NCBI GenBank assembly: GCA_010093605.1
Contig: MU004185.1
Span: 84,534-132,066 of the forward strand
Origin: Lophium mytilinum
Taxonomy: Eukaryota
Direction of reading: 5' to 3'
DNA length: 47,533 nucleotides
This document shows, piece by piece, positions 11,572 to 24,004 of the stretch. A model generated the notes under the pieces. That model made no database searches. It was not told where the DNA came from and saw only the letters and a list, made by a program, of their open reading frames with translations. The position numbers and the translations under genes were made by a program. Within the stretch, counting starts at the first letter, position 1; each line of letters starts with the position of its first letter.

Positions 11572-13410
11572 ATGGCGTTCGAGTACGAACCATTGTCCTC
11601 TGGAGAATATCGTGTGCTCATTTTATTTCCTGCCTCTTGGTCGCAGCAACTCCTATGTGCCTTAGTATCAGGGCCACCTCACTCCCTCCCGAAATATGAA
11701 GCCGTTTCGTACACGTGGGGCCAGCCCGACCGGACTCATCCCGTACTCTGCAACAACGCTACTAAAACACTAAATGGCCCAGACGACCTTGATATAGACA
11801 CCTCTCTCCGGTTCGAGCGCGTCATTTACGTTACAGAGAACCTCAAAACTCTTTTGCATCGCTTTCGACACGAGAACGAATCGCGATATCTTTGGATTGA
11901 TTCCATATGTATCAACCAAAATGACTTATCGGAGCGCGCGGCGCAAGTGCAGATGATGATGACCATATATCATCTTTCACAAAGGGTAAATATATGGCTA
12001 GGTGAAGAGGACGAATACACCGAGCCAGCTTTTGGACTCTTAGGGCATTTGGTTGCAATCAGCCAGTCCAAACCTGACGGCATCCTGCAAACCGGGCCAA
12101 CATGCTCACTCCCTACAACGCCGTTCATACCGAATCCGCAACATTACTCCTGGACACTGTACGTTCCTCTTTTCCTAGCCTTGGACCAGCTCCTCCGGCG
12201 TCCATGGTTCAAACGCCTATGGGTCATCCAAGAAGTCGTCGTCTCCAAGCAAGCCACCGTAATATGCGGTAACCGGAGCGTAGACTGGAACCACCTTTTC
12301 GACGCGTGTCAGGTGCTAGAAAAGCGAGACCTGTTCTTCGACGACGTTCTCGGCCGGCCCTATATCTCTGTCATATCTATGGGAATTCTTAGACTGGCTT
12401 ACCATGTCTTGCACTCAACCGTGGAGAACGAAGACGCCCCATCAACACTGGCCCTACCTGAAGTTATTCTCCGCACCATGAATGCGGAAAGCTCGGATCC
12501 TAGAGACAAAGTTTACGCGCTGCTCGGAATGATTCGCGAACAAGACCGCCAGAATCTGCGTCCAGATTACACGAAATCCGTTCGCGACGTGTACATTCAA
12601 ATGGCACGCCAGCTGTGCCTCTTTAACGGGAAACCGTGTTTCACCTTTATCGGCATAATATCGCAAAAGACCGCGACGCACAGGCTACCTTCCTGGGTTC
12701 CCGACTGGAGTGTGTCCCACCAGGCAATTGATCCGATCGCGAGATATGGACGGTTTCAAGCATCCAAAGATTCAGCGCTGTGCATGGAGTTCCCGCGTGA
12801 GGACGAGATAACAGACACGCGCTGCTGTCTGAAAGTCCGTGGAGTCTGTCTCTTAACAATCGGCACGATACAGCATCCCTCTCCTGGAAAGTCCCCGGAT
12901 CGTGACGATCATTGCGCTACTCTTAATTCGTATCGCGACCCCTATCCCACCACCAGCGAAACATATATCGAGATATACCCCAAGATTGTGAATCCAAAGG
13001 GCAAAGAGGACTTCTACCGGTCTACTCAACCAACATGCAATTTCTGGGATTACGTAGCGGCCTGCGAATCCGGCGCGCATACAGCGGAATCTGAGGCTGA
13101 GCACCTCCGCTATCGTCAACGCGATGTGAACGCCTGCCTGCCTGAACTGCATGTCGCAGGCATACTCTCAAGTGCAGCGCAAAAGCGGAACTTTTTTACT
13201 TCCACGATCGGATTCATGGGCCTGGTTCCGGAAGAGGCCCAGGTGGGCGATAGGATATGCGTTCTCTTCGGCGTCGAAAGGCCTTTTGTTGTTCGGGAAA
13301 ACGGGCCATCATGGACAATGGTAGGCGAATGTTATGTACATGGCCTGATGGATGGAGAGGCAGTGGATGGTCTTCCTGAGGACAGAGTGAGGGAATTTGA
13401 GTTTCTGTGA
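11572..13410 (+). CDS. Heterokaryon incompatibility (HET domain, HET-6-like) protein, intronless
   Basis: Motifs YEAVSYTWG, LWIDSICINQNDLSERAAQV.MM..IY, RPWFKRLWVIQEVV, SDPRDKVYALLG, LPSWVPDW, and C-terminal GD.ICVLFG...PFVVR...VGECYVHGLMDGE. Confidence 0.93.
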   Translation: MAFEYEPLSSGEYRVLILFPASWSQQLLCALVSGPPHSLPKYEAVSYTWGQPDRTHPVLCNNATKTLNGPDDLDIDTSLRFERVIYVTENLKTLLHRFRHENESRYLWIDSICINQNDLSERAAQVQMMMTIYHLSQRVNIWLGEEDEYTEPAFGLLGHLVAISQSKPDGILQTGPTCSLPTTPFIPNPQHYSWTLYVPLFLALDQLLRRPWFKRLWVIQEVVVSKQATVICGNRSVDWNHLFDACQVLEKRDLFFDDVLGRPYISVISMGILRLAYHVLHSTVENEDAPSTLALPEVILRTMNAESSDPRDKVYALLGMIREQDRQNLRPDYTKSVRDVYIQMARQLCLFNGKPCFTFIGIISQKTATHRLPSWVPDWSVSHQAIDPIARYGRFQASKDSALCMEFPREDEITDTRCCLKVRGVCLLTIGTIQHPSPGKSPDRDDHCATLNSYRDPYPTTSETYIEIYPKIVNPKGKEDFYRSTQPTCNFWDYVAACESGAHTAESEAEHLRYRQRDVNACLPELHVAGILSSAAQKRNFFTSTIGFMGLVPEEAQVGDRICVLFGVERPFVVRENGPSWTMVGECYVHGLMDGEAVDGLPEDRVREFEFL

Positions 13411-14178
13411 TATGGCAGCTGGCTCGGACGGGGAGTGGAATGCTCACTCACTGTGCAGCGTGGATTTCTGGGGGGATGAATCATGTGACTATCACGTGCA
13501 TCATTCTACCCGCTGTCTTCCACGAACTATAAAGCACCCTTCCAACTTCTTTCTCCAGGTTCTGCAGGGAAGAGAAGTAGAGCAATGAGGTGTTCAAACT
13601 CGGCTAGATGAACAGACCAATGCGCCCAGCGTGGTCGTCTTCAATCTGGAAGAGGACTCATGGCTGGGAAAGCCTCGGCTCTCTTCAAAACACGACAGGA
13701 AAAGTCCGAATGGCTTGGAGGTCAAACCGATCAGGACATCGATTTTGATGAGTGCTGGTGCTGGAGATGGGAGGGATTGGCTAGATTTTAGTGGTGACGA
13801 GTAGCATTGACACGTTTTCTTGAGTGTGATTGCGAGGTTCGGAAACATGCAGGATGGGTTTGGATGATATTGACGAACACTGTTATGGATGGGTAAAGAT
13901 TTTGAGTATCATCGTTGCGGCCTGCATGCCACCAATCTTCCACCATTCGCCGTCTTAAACATGCCTGCTTTAATCCCTCCAACCCACACACCAGCCATGG
14001 GTGGGATGACATGATATTTTCAAGCCATGCCATTGTTGATACATCCCCTAAAGCTAACTACAGAGCACCAACCCACCGTCGAACGCGAGTTATATACTCC
14101 CCTCAAACCACTTACATAAGCACCCCGTGATTCCCACTTCTATCACTCTCTCGATTCCTTTCAACCTTCAAAAATCAT

Positions 14179-17100
14179 CTATATCACCGTCCACTTCACG
14201 CCCAACCCTCCATCCCCCAATCCCGTATCCATCCCACTCAACCTTGCCCTCCTCTCATACTCCCCCACCCTAAACGCCGCATTCCTCACCACCATCACCG
14301 GCTCCGCATACCTCAACTCCACCAAATCCTCCACATACACCATCCCCACCACAACCAAGAACAAAACCAGCAGCTTGACCCACCCCCTCCTTAACACCTC
14401 CCTCATCCAGCCCCTAACCAACAAATTCCGCAACGTGCGCAGCACAGGCGCTACCCACCCCTCCACCCGCCACATCACCTCACTCCCCCTCTCAACACCC
14501 CACCCCCCAACCGCCCTCACCCCCAAAAACGCCGCACGCACCACCTGCACAACAGAACCACACAACAGCCCAACCCCCAGCAGCGCCCGCCCAACCTCCC
14601 CCCCCCCCCCCCCCCCAATCGCAAGATCAAACACATTAAACCCCCCCACCACGCACCGCGTGAGCCACGACAACGCCCCCAAGCCGCCATACGCAACAAG
14701 GCGGTACAACAACCACCGCGGGAAGCTTGCACAGAGGAGGTAGAGCGCCCACGTGATCGGCTCGCGGGCGGCTAGGAGTGCGAGGAGGCAGAAGCCTAGC
14801 CATTGCGACCGGCTAGAGGAGCAGCCTAAGAGTATCGTGAACAACGGAAGTAGCACGAGAGCTCCGGCGCCCGCGGCCCAGAGTAGGAGCGGGCGCAGCC
14901 AGGGTGTTGAGGGTTCGCGGGGTGGTGGGCTGGGGGTAGGGCGTAGCCGGGGCCCGATGCGGGCCACGATCTCTTCAGCGAGTTCGCCTGCGATTTCGGC
15001 CGAGAGGCGGGTTTCGTCGATTGGGCGGGGGCTGCTATAGGTGGGGGAGGGCGAGATGCTGTAGGTTTGAGTGGGCGAGGGGCGAGAGGGCGAGTCCGGG
15101 GACGGCGGCGTGGAGAAGACGAGAGGCCATGGTCTTGCACGCGCCTGGGGAGCTTGTAGCCGGTCGGGGGAATCGGGCTGCTGGATGTCCTCGGCGTCAG
15201 GGTGTATGGCGCCGGCCATGCATCTGCGGGCAAGGTCTTTTAGGTTGGACCAGGGGCGCCATGGAGTACGGTTGAGTGGGATATGGGGCCAGTTTGCTGG
15301 AATTAGGTTGCGGAGGTTTGTTGGGATTGGGTTGAGTTGTGGACGTAGAACGGCTTCTCTTATTACTGAATGGTCCGATAGATCTGGGTATTGAGGATTT
15401 CGTTGTGTCAAATTTGGTTCGCTGGAGTTACGAGGGTCCTCTCTACGGTCATGCTTTCGTCTGGTCGCTGGATAAAAGATCGGTCTTGGGGGCCTAGGTG
15501 GGCGACGAGACGAATTTGGAGTGGTGATTTTGCAGCGACCAACAAGGTTACCCCTTTCATTCCTGATATCGCCCGTATCATCGATAGTACACCCAGTGAG
15601 TTCTTCGCCATCACGTAGCACGAGCTCGCGGATGATAATTCCATGTCCGTTCTTCAGAACGCGTTCCTTATCAACCCTAAGACCTCGAAGGGGGCGCGCA
15701 TCCTGACCCGACAGTGGCTCGAAATGGATTGGGGATGGTGTGTCTGGAGAGTCGATATCACCGTCGATACTGTCGTAATATCGATAAGGCGGCCAAGTCC
15801 AATGAGCCTGATCATCACTGTCTTGCTGGTAGTCGTGGGGAGGCGAATAGCTGAGAGGGGGGTTACCCAAAGGCGAGTATCCGGGAGACGGTTTCTTCTG
15901 GGGTATAGTCGCTCGTTTTCCAGGGCCCATTCTGTTTTCCATCAGCTTTTTGGTCAGCTCAGTTAGGGGTGGAGGTCGTCTTTTCGGAGGTGATTTTCTT
16001 CTCCGAGGTGATTTTCTTCGCGGTGGTTTCTCCTGCCATGGCTGCAGCTGCTCCCAATTTCTCAACTTCCTGGTTTGAGAGGGGTTGGAGTGAGATGTTG
16101 GAATTTGAGAGGGGCTGTCATCAGAGGAGCTGGCATCAGAGGAGCTGAATTGAGAGACGTCGAACGACCATTTTCGAATCTTTTTGCCAGCGAATTTTGA
16201 AGAGTCGTCTTGAGGTGATTCGTCTTGAGGTCCGGTAGGAGCAGGACCGGTCGGCGCAGGGTCTGTGGGAGCATGATTAATTTGAGCTGCACCAGTCTGA
16301 GACGGAGGCCCATTGCCCTCACGAGTTCCTCTAGGATGTGGGGTCGCGGGTCTTGGAAGTAAGCTCTTGTATCCCAATCTTCTCCCAAGATCCTCGATGG
16401 TAGCTGGCCTGCTTTGACCTGCACTAGTCTGAGACGGAGGCCCATTGCTTTCATGAGTTCCCCTGGGATGTGGGGTTGCGGGTCTTGGAATAAAACTGCT
16501 CTTAGATCTGCTCTTATATCCCATTCTTCTCCGAAGATCCTCGATGGTAGCTGGGTGATCAAACCGCGCCTTCTTCGCCTCCTTCGGCCATACACTAACA
16601 ACGGGAGGCGCACCACCTCTCAAAATACGATCAAGAACTCTCCAGGTTTGTCTCAGCGTCGGAACGGGAGGATTGGAACTAGGTCGGACATCATCAGTAA
16701 AAGAAATATCATTTTGACTACTTAACTTACCTAATTTGAGGTGGAGAAGGCTGAGAAGTAATGCCAAATACCTCCATGAATTCTTCATCTGGATCTAAGA
16801 AGACCGTGCTAGGAACAGATAGCTCTCTGGGGCTGATTTGATTGTTCTTGCAAAGATAGAATGCGTAAAGTGCATACCGCATCTCAAAGTTCCCGGTTTC
16901 AATGTCGTCTAATGCATTTATCAGCCACACGACGGACCTACTGAATTCAGCCTTGAGCTGCTTCCCATAATTCGTTTTTGGACGATATTGATCGAGTCTG
17001 TATTGCATCCTCTGGGAGAGAAACTCTACTAATCTTCCGTGGGTCTTCTTTCGCTCTCCTGGAAGATCTGACGCTGTCGCAGCAAATCGTACGCACATGG

Positions 17101-18547
17101 GTACGTAGAATTCGGTGAAATGGTCTACCAAACGTCGAAGGCTGAGATCCTCATTCGTCTGCTTCAACTTATCGTTCGCCTTTGCAAAGTGGCAACTTGG
17201 ACCGCAGTCGTGCAATTGAGGTTTCCTAAGATTATACCTCGCCTTCCCCAACAGTTTCAGCGTCGCTTGGAACTCGGAGGCGTCGTTCAGAATCCTCTGC
17301 CCAACCGCAAGAGCTTCCGGCCCGGGATTGGATTCAGCAGCCCATTTCAGTAACTTCGCAACTACTTCCGTCTCGATCCTGCGAGTCAGATCAGTGCAAT
17401 CCTGGTCACTGACCTCATCCACGTTAGTAGATGCATATTCCTTGACGATTGGTTTAATCTCCCGCTCAAGATGAACTCCGATGTCAAAGAGCGTCCCAGG
17501 GATATGATCGCGTGTGTTCGGGAATGGATTGCCTGGCACGGGTGGGTTGCCTGGCACAGGTGGCTTACCTGCCACGGGTGGTTTGCCTCGCACTTGTGAA
17601 GTGACCGTGTTGTGGATTATAATTGCCCGCGCTGAATCATCCCTAACTCCAGTGCCGACTAGCACATCTCTCTCCCGCAAATGGCCGTCCTGGTCGAGAA
17701 TACAGGGGCGGCCTCCTCCTTCCACGCGTAGGAAATGAGTGAGGACGTTGTCAATCTCCGTATAAAAGGCATGCAGCTTCGGTGCACACTCCTTCGATTC
17801 CCAGAAGCCTCGTAGCTCGTTCAAAAACCTATCCTGTACACTTTGTGCAGTCTTGGTAATACTTTCTTTTCTATTCTTGGATTGGAACACTTGTGGGTTG
17901 CAGCAGAAGTAGCGAATACCGAGGATATCTGGGCTTTTCCATAACTCTTCTAGGCTAGCCAGATGGTCAAGATTGTGTATATCGCCTGCCTGTACTGTGA
18001 TCCCTGTTTTTCGTAGAGTTTCCTCTGCCGGCTGGATGTATACGTGTAGCTGTGTCGTCTCACCACTCCTACCGTAAGCAACCTCAATGAGCGGATTCGA
18101 TGCTTCCAGCGCGGACAGACTCGTGGGCGACGACGATGGAGGCTGGAATCTCCATCGTGGAATAGTAGGATCGACGGTCGGTACCCAAGGCTTATAGCTA
18201 TGAGATTCGGGCTCTGGTAGCTCCAGTTCCGGTTCCCAGACGATCCTTTTCTTAGCTCGTGTACTGGTTGCAATCAAGCTAGCTCCTGACGTTGCATTAG
18301 TAGTTGAAGAATCGTCGATATGCGGAGTCGTTCGGTTGATAGACGCGGCAATGCGTCTGGTCCTGCCCATTCGCTCCTTCCTAATGCGTTCTTTCTCCGG
18401 CCATTCCCAAAGGGGTACTGCTGGCTCTAATCGCTTGACAGGACCGAATTGATGGCCATCGTAGGGGTGGAAGAGGTACTCTCTACGTGGACGAGGCGCT
18501 CTTTTCCGCTCAGCATAGGGCTGGAAAATGTACTCTTTGCGTGACAT
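14179..18547 (-). CDS. ~1438-aa orphan protein with an unknown N-terminal helical region, Pro/Arg/Ser-rich repeats, a DUF3659-like unit and C-terminal TM segments
   Basis: The two overlapping ORFs are joined in frame by a 52-nt intron at 16730-16679 (GTAAGT...ACTGAT...CCTAG). LRGLRVDKERVLKNGHGIIIRELVLRDGEELTGCTIDDTGDIRNERGNLVGRC resembles the fungal DUF3659 repeat. The C-terminus is hydrophobic. Confidence 0.65.
16285..16555 (-). repeat. Coding direct duplication (~140 bp unit)
   Basis: PATIEDL(R/G)RR(M/L)GYKS...PRPATPHPRGT(H/R)E(S/G)NGPPSQT occurs twice. An 18-bp G(K/N)PPV repeat also lies at ~17520-17590. Confidence 0.85.
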
Positions 18548-19790
18548 CGCTCAAGGGGCGGTTTCAAGGTAATTAGAATTTAGTAGACTCCCGGAAACTC
18601 AAAGGGAGTGAAATTAAGATGTTGCGATACTCGTGCTCAAGAAATCGCAAATGATCGCACATAAAAGGATAAATGCAAGATTTGAAGATATCGAAGAGTA
18701 GAGACATGGCGAAGAGCATGAAATCTGAGGGACATTGTTGCAGTCGCCCCCAAAGCTGGTCAAAGCAAATTGCTTTCCAAGTATCTTCTTTGTTACCTTT
18801 GTGACATGAAAGCGAACAAGGCCTCTCAGCGCCGAGAATAAATGGAGAACAATAGAACAAAGATTGCCAAACAATAGATATCTTCGACTCTGCGCTATTC
18901 AAGTGGTAGTCCAGTCGCCTATGCTAGTAGTTGGGCACTAGGCCAAGGGGCCTCAGGATGAAGCGTATATCTCTTTGATTCCATGCTTGTGTAACCATCT
19001 CCCTTCCTGTTCCGGACAATGTATCTCCAAATGCTGTGCATGTATAGTCCTCCTTGTAAGAGTCGCGTCAACGGAGCAACTCCAGTATGACAACGCGTGC
19101 TGTAAAAGTTCGATATGGAGAGGGCGTTGAGGCGGTTTACTGGGACCTTTGGAGGCATAGAGACTGCACGGTTAGCACTATCAGTCATATCTTAGAAGCG
19201 TCTCCATGTACTGGAGTAGAGGTAGCCATGTGTAGGCCGGAGTGCTGAGGGTAGAGTTAGAGGTGAGCCGGGATCGATCGATCGTCAGAAATGCCAAGGC
19301 CAGTCACGTGACCTCCGCACTTCGTTCACGACCTCCATACCAGCTAGGCAACAATCGTAATGGTATAGCTGTCTGAAGCAGGGTTGCGCGTTAACCATCT
19401 TCAAGCGTCAAGTCAATCTGCAGTACTATATATCAATTGCATTCATATATAATCGATGAACTCCTACGAAGCCGCAGCCTACTGAAATGTACCCAGATGA
19501 TTACAATCAAGAAGAAGCAGAGCTACACTAGCAATACAGCAACCTCAAGTAGCCAAAGAAACGAATCATGAAAAGATCATGATCGAAAAGATGAAAGTCA
19601 TCATAGTAACGCATAAACCTATACCCCAAAACGCCAGCAAAGTAGCCAAACTCCGACCAGGAGTACCATGCAATGCTACCCGAACAAACGATAGATCAAG
19701 ACGCGAGAGCGCAGCTTGATGACCGAAACGCCGTAGATACATGAGCCAAGAATTTGCGCGAAGAAGAATATCGGACGGGTTATAACAGAT

Positions 19791-21704
19791 CTACATCATG
19801 GGCACAGGCTGAGGGATGTACTGCATGTCATACTGCTGCTGCGCATCGAATTCAAAGGCGGGATACAGCGAGGCATTGGTATCGAGGTTCAAGTCTTGCT
19901 GCAGAGAGTCGAAATCGTTGAGCTGAGGCTGTTGGAACGAGTTCGCGTACGTCGAGGCGAAAGCGGTTGGGTCGCTCTCTGCAAATTGACTGTATTCGAT
20001 AGGCTGCGAGGCGGAATGCGACATGGCGTAAGAAGCATCGACGTCGTACGACTGGGTAGTGGTGTTGGCGTCGGAATAGCTGGGTGAGGTGCCGAATTGT
20101 TCTTGGTCTTGCATGTTGTCATCATCCGAGCCGGAGTCGTCAGAAGCAGTAGCGACAACAAGAATCTCCTTGATCCAATGCGCCTTCAGAGTCTCCATTG
20201 GCGGATCATCTCCTCCACCTTTACCACCACGCTTCTCATCGTGCTTTCCCTTGCGGCCGCGCTTTCTGGGATGGAAATGTGCGCGACGAAGGTGGGCAGC
20301 GACGTTGTAGTACGCGCCGTACTGTTTGCCGGCTTTACATTGCTTGCAGTTGGCGAGGAACTTCTTGTCGGGCGAGGCGTCTACAGTGACCCATACTTTT
20401 CTCACGGCGGCATGCGCACGTTCGGTATGGCGACGAAGCTCGTGCTCACCGCGGAACCCTTCTGGGTACTCGCGGCAGTGAGGGCACATTACTTTGGGGT
20501 GCTGCGGTCGGATGTAGGGAGCTTTAGTGATTTGAGCAACGTCTTTCGACGATCCGTCTTGAGATTGTACTCGCATCATCTTAGCTGATGACGATGCATG
20601 GCGTGCCGAATGAGAGGCCGCTGAGTGTTTCTGAATTGCTTTAGGGGCAATCGGACGGGAGCCATGAGCGAGTTGCTCTTGGCGGCGACGCGAGTGTCGA
20701 GAGTTGCTCGAAGTCGATGACTTGTTGCTTTCAATGGACGTCGACCTTTTCATATCCTCCACCAGGTCCGACGTTTGCTGAAAAGAAGAAGAGCGTGCTG
20801 ACGCACTATAAGGAAATTGCGAAGTAGAAAAAACAGGTGCGCTCATAGGATTTGTGGTCCTATCAGTATAATCACAAGGACCAAGGAAAGAAGAAGGTTC
20901 AGTATCAGACAGGCTGATAGTCTTTACATCAAAAGGAGAAGAGTAAACAGGTTCCTCAGAGAAGGAATCAGAAAATTGCGAATTCTTTCGCGATAAAGAA
21001 ACATCACCGAACAGGGTGCAGTAGCTTGCCTCACGACTCATGTCACTCGCGAGAGTGGACGCAGTCGTGAGCTCACCAGTTGATGTGCAGGGGGAGACAG
21101 AGCCGTCAAATGACTGGCCCCAGGAGGGAATGGAGTCGTGCTTGATAGAGATGGATGGCGTTTGAGTGGAGTTTGTTGAGGTGCCGAAGTGCGTGCTGAC
21201 GTAGTCGGAGGGATCGTACTCGTTGATTTCGTTGATTGTCTGGATGTTTGCTTGGTTGGGGGAAAACGACATGCTAGGGCTAATAGTGTAGCCGTCGTTG
21301 AATGAGAATGCATCGTCATTAGCTGAGAAGGATGAGGGAGACCTTGACATAGAGACGGCTGCAGGAGCCGACTGTACGGAGAGGCCCTCAGTGCGACTCA
21401 TGGTGTTGAACGTGTCGACGCCCTGCGGATGGTTAGATGGAGGAGGTTCCGACCAAAGACCAGAGGAGGATTGTCATACGAGGTTCGAATTGCGGATGCT
21501 CGAGGATCCATGATAGGACATCGTCCGTGGAATGCGTGCATCGGGTCGTGGTGAGGAGGAGACATTGTCGCCGGCGATGAGGGAGCTGAGCTCGGCTTTG
21601 CGTTGTTCCCAGAGACTTTGGCGCTCGTGTGTTGGTAGGTGTGAGTGCTGATTCCAGACGGTTTGTCTCTCTTGCTCGAGGAGACGACGAAGAGTAGACT
21701 CCAT
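19791..21704 (-). CDS. KLAP1 (key lime pathogenicity)-like putative zinc-finger regulator
   Basis: Exon 21704-21480, intron 21479-21423 (GTATGA...CTAAC...CAG), exon 21422-19791. Conserved block CPHCREYPEGFRGEHELRRHTERAH...FLANCKQCKAGKQYGAYYNVAAHLRRAHF...EKRGGKGGGD.PPM..LK..W. Confidence 0.8.
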
Positions 21705-22600
21705 GATGGCAGCGATGAGACGTGATGATAGAGCGAGATGCTGGTACGATCAACAGTGGCAGATCCAGATAGGGGCCAGGTAACAGTGCGTTGGCCTAAG
21801 GATGAAGCCGTAGAAAGTGGTGATGCGAATTATGACGAGGAGAAAGTCAGGGCGAGCAGGAAATGTGAAGGGGGTTGGTGGGAGGAGCGGGCTTATGTTG
21901 GTGAGCGACAAGCCGGATGTGCTGGCAGCTCTCGAAGCCCGCACTTGTGCAGGGAGGACGCGGCCAGCGCTGTTGATCGCACCTCGTTGGCCGCCGGACT
22001 GCTCAGCTAGCCCGAGTAACGGCATCTTGCCAGCGATCCGACATGGGCACGACACGCCGGATTGGTGGTTGCGGGCGAGCCGGTCCGCGATTCGTCGCTT
22101 CATTTTAAAGGCTCGGCATGCCGGCCAGGGTGCCTTCTTGACGCCTTTTCCTGGTGCAACAGCCAACACCATCCCGCGCATCGTGGATCAATCGGCGTCG
22201 TCCCATCGAGGCCGCATCCCCGATCGTTGCTTTTGCCTACCCTCGTCTCACCATTTGGACCGGTGACCTCATGCATCCCGCGTCCTGGATTGGACGACGT
22301 CAACACGGCTGAGCGCCGACTGCATACTCGATAATTCCCTCATCCGCCCCGTTACTAAGGCATTCTTCGTTCTGCGTGTCCCCGGACCGACGCTATCGCC
22401 AGAATGATTTCCTCTGCATGTGTCCTTCAAAAAGATCACGATAACAGCCTGCACGTGAGCTATGCAAGACTCGATACGTGGCTTAGCAGAGCCTCAAGTA
22501 TTTCTCAAGTTTTGGTTGCCTTTTCACACTGTTAGTCATGCAGAGATCATCATTGTCTATTTCATTGTCAACTAAACTCATTTATTCATTCTATTGCGAG

Positions 22601-24004
22601 TTACAAGATCGAAGTAGCGGAGCCCAGCAGTCTTCGCAGCTTGATCCTCTGCGGCGTCTTCCCTGCCGACTTCGGGATGCTCCCGCTGCTCAGCTGCCTC
22701 GGAGTCCTCGGGCTCGAATGCGGCGAAGGCACCAGCACCGACAAGGCAGAGGGCATGAGTGCAGGCGGTGGGGGCGGCCTTCGTGGCAGTGCGCGTTTCG
22801 GAGGCTCGACTAGCTTGTCCCAGTACCTGTCCATACCAGCATCATCCGAAGGATCCAAGATGTGAAACTCTTCGAAGAAATCAACAATCGCGTCAATGAC
22901 GGCATCATCCGACGCCCGACGCGGCTCTGCCTTCACCACAGTGCTCATGAAAGGATCAAGAGTGGCGATAGAGTCTTTCCGTGAGATGGCTGACACCACC
23001 GTCTCCAGCTGAATCGGTCCAGGTATGTAGACGTGCTGCTGCCACGCTGCCTCCTCCGGTGAGACGATGGTTAGCGTTGAGCCAGTCCGTAGCTTCCACG
23101 CCGGGCTTCCACGTTGTGGTCCTCCCACAGAGTGGGCTCGTGGCGAAGGCGTCAATGGAGACGACTTTGCCCGCCCCTTATTCGGCGAGATAGACTGCAA
23201 AGCCGGCCTTCTCTGTGCTGGCGGTGGACTCGGGCTATCAGGCGTCCAGCCTTGATACAGCTCACGCGGTGTTGTGACCACTGACCCTGGTGTCTCTGGT
23301 AGAGCCCTCTCGGTGAAGTTGACGAACCCTGTTCTCAGCATTTCCACCCGCCTGCTCTTCAACGCTTCCTGCACGCGCTGTCGACCGGAGAACGAGCGTC
23401 GTGGGCGCGGATCCCACCATCCTACACCAGTCTCATTCGATGAGCCCGAGATATCGCGGGAATGTCGTGTGTTGGGTATTGCTGCTACTCTCCACACCGG
23501 CACCTTAGGCTTCAATCCAATTCTTCCGCCCGACGCACGCCCGCTCTTTCTTCTGCTAATCCTCGACCTCGAAGTCAACGGCGGTGAGACCGGAACGCGG
23601 GTAATCGGGCTGCTTGGGCTCACATCTCTACTATCAGCGTTCTCTTTATTCGCTCTGCGCGGTGACCGTCTTGCACTGATAGCTCGTCTGGGTGGCTCCG
23701 GTGGTAGCGTGGTCAACTTCAACGTCCCAGGCGGTGCTGTACGAGCCTTCTTGCTCCCAGGCCTTGGTGGTACTGGGGGTGATTGGCGTGTGCTTTGATC
23801 TTCCGAAGTCGACGCGATGTTGCTCAGATCTGCAAGGCTCAATTTTCGCGGTGTAGAGTCCTCGCTTCCTAGGTAGAGCCGCTGCAGTCCTTCCGTGACA
23901 TCTAGAAACTTGAGAGATTCCTCTGAAAACATGTCGTGGGTCCATTGCATCTCCGAAGAATGATCGTCGTAGACAGGTTGTTTGCCCTTGTCTAAAGTCT
24001 CCAT
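22601..24004 (-). CDS. Hypothetical Pro/Ser/Arg-rich fungal protein
   Basis: Long intronless ORF; the likely ATG is at 24004 (METLDKGK...). It has conserved-looking islands WQQHVYIPGPIQL and SDDAVIDAIVDFFEEF. Confidence 0.7.
   Translation of the reverse strand: METLDKGKQPVYDDHSSEMQWTHDMFSEESLKFLDVTEGLQRLYLGSEDSTPRKLSLADLSNIASTSEDQSTRQSPPVPPRPGSKKARTAPPGTLKLTTLPPEPPRRAISARRSPRRANKENADSRDVSPSSPITRVPVSPPLTSRSRISRRKSGRASGGRIGLKPKVPVWRVAAIPNTRHSRDISGSSNETGVGWWDPRPRRSFSGRQRVQEALKSRRVEMLRTGFVNFTERALPETPGSVVTTPRELYQGWTPDSPSPPPAQRRPALQSISPNKGRAKSSPLTPSPRAHSVGGPQRGSPAWKLRTGSTLTIVSPEEAAWQQHVYIPGPIQLETVVSAISRKDSIATLDPFMSTVVKAEPRRASDDAVIDAIVDFFEEFHILDPSDDAGMDRYWDKLVEPPKRALPRRPPPPPALMPSALSVLVPSPHSSPRTPRQLSSGSIPKSAGKTPQRIKLRRLLGSATSIL

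Noticed and set aside
13594..13850. Short stretch open on both strands between the HET and orphan genes
   Set aside because: It could be a gene remnant, but there is no start, splice or motif support.
16727..18547. The 606-aa ORF as a Starship captain or transposase
   Set aside because: No tyrosine recombinase or DDE motifs are recognisable, and it splices into the downstream ORF.
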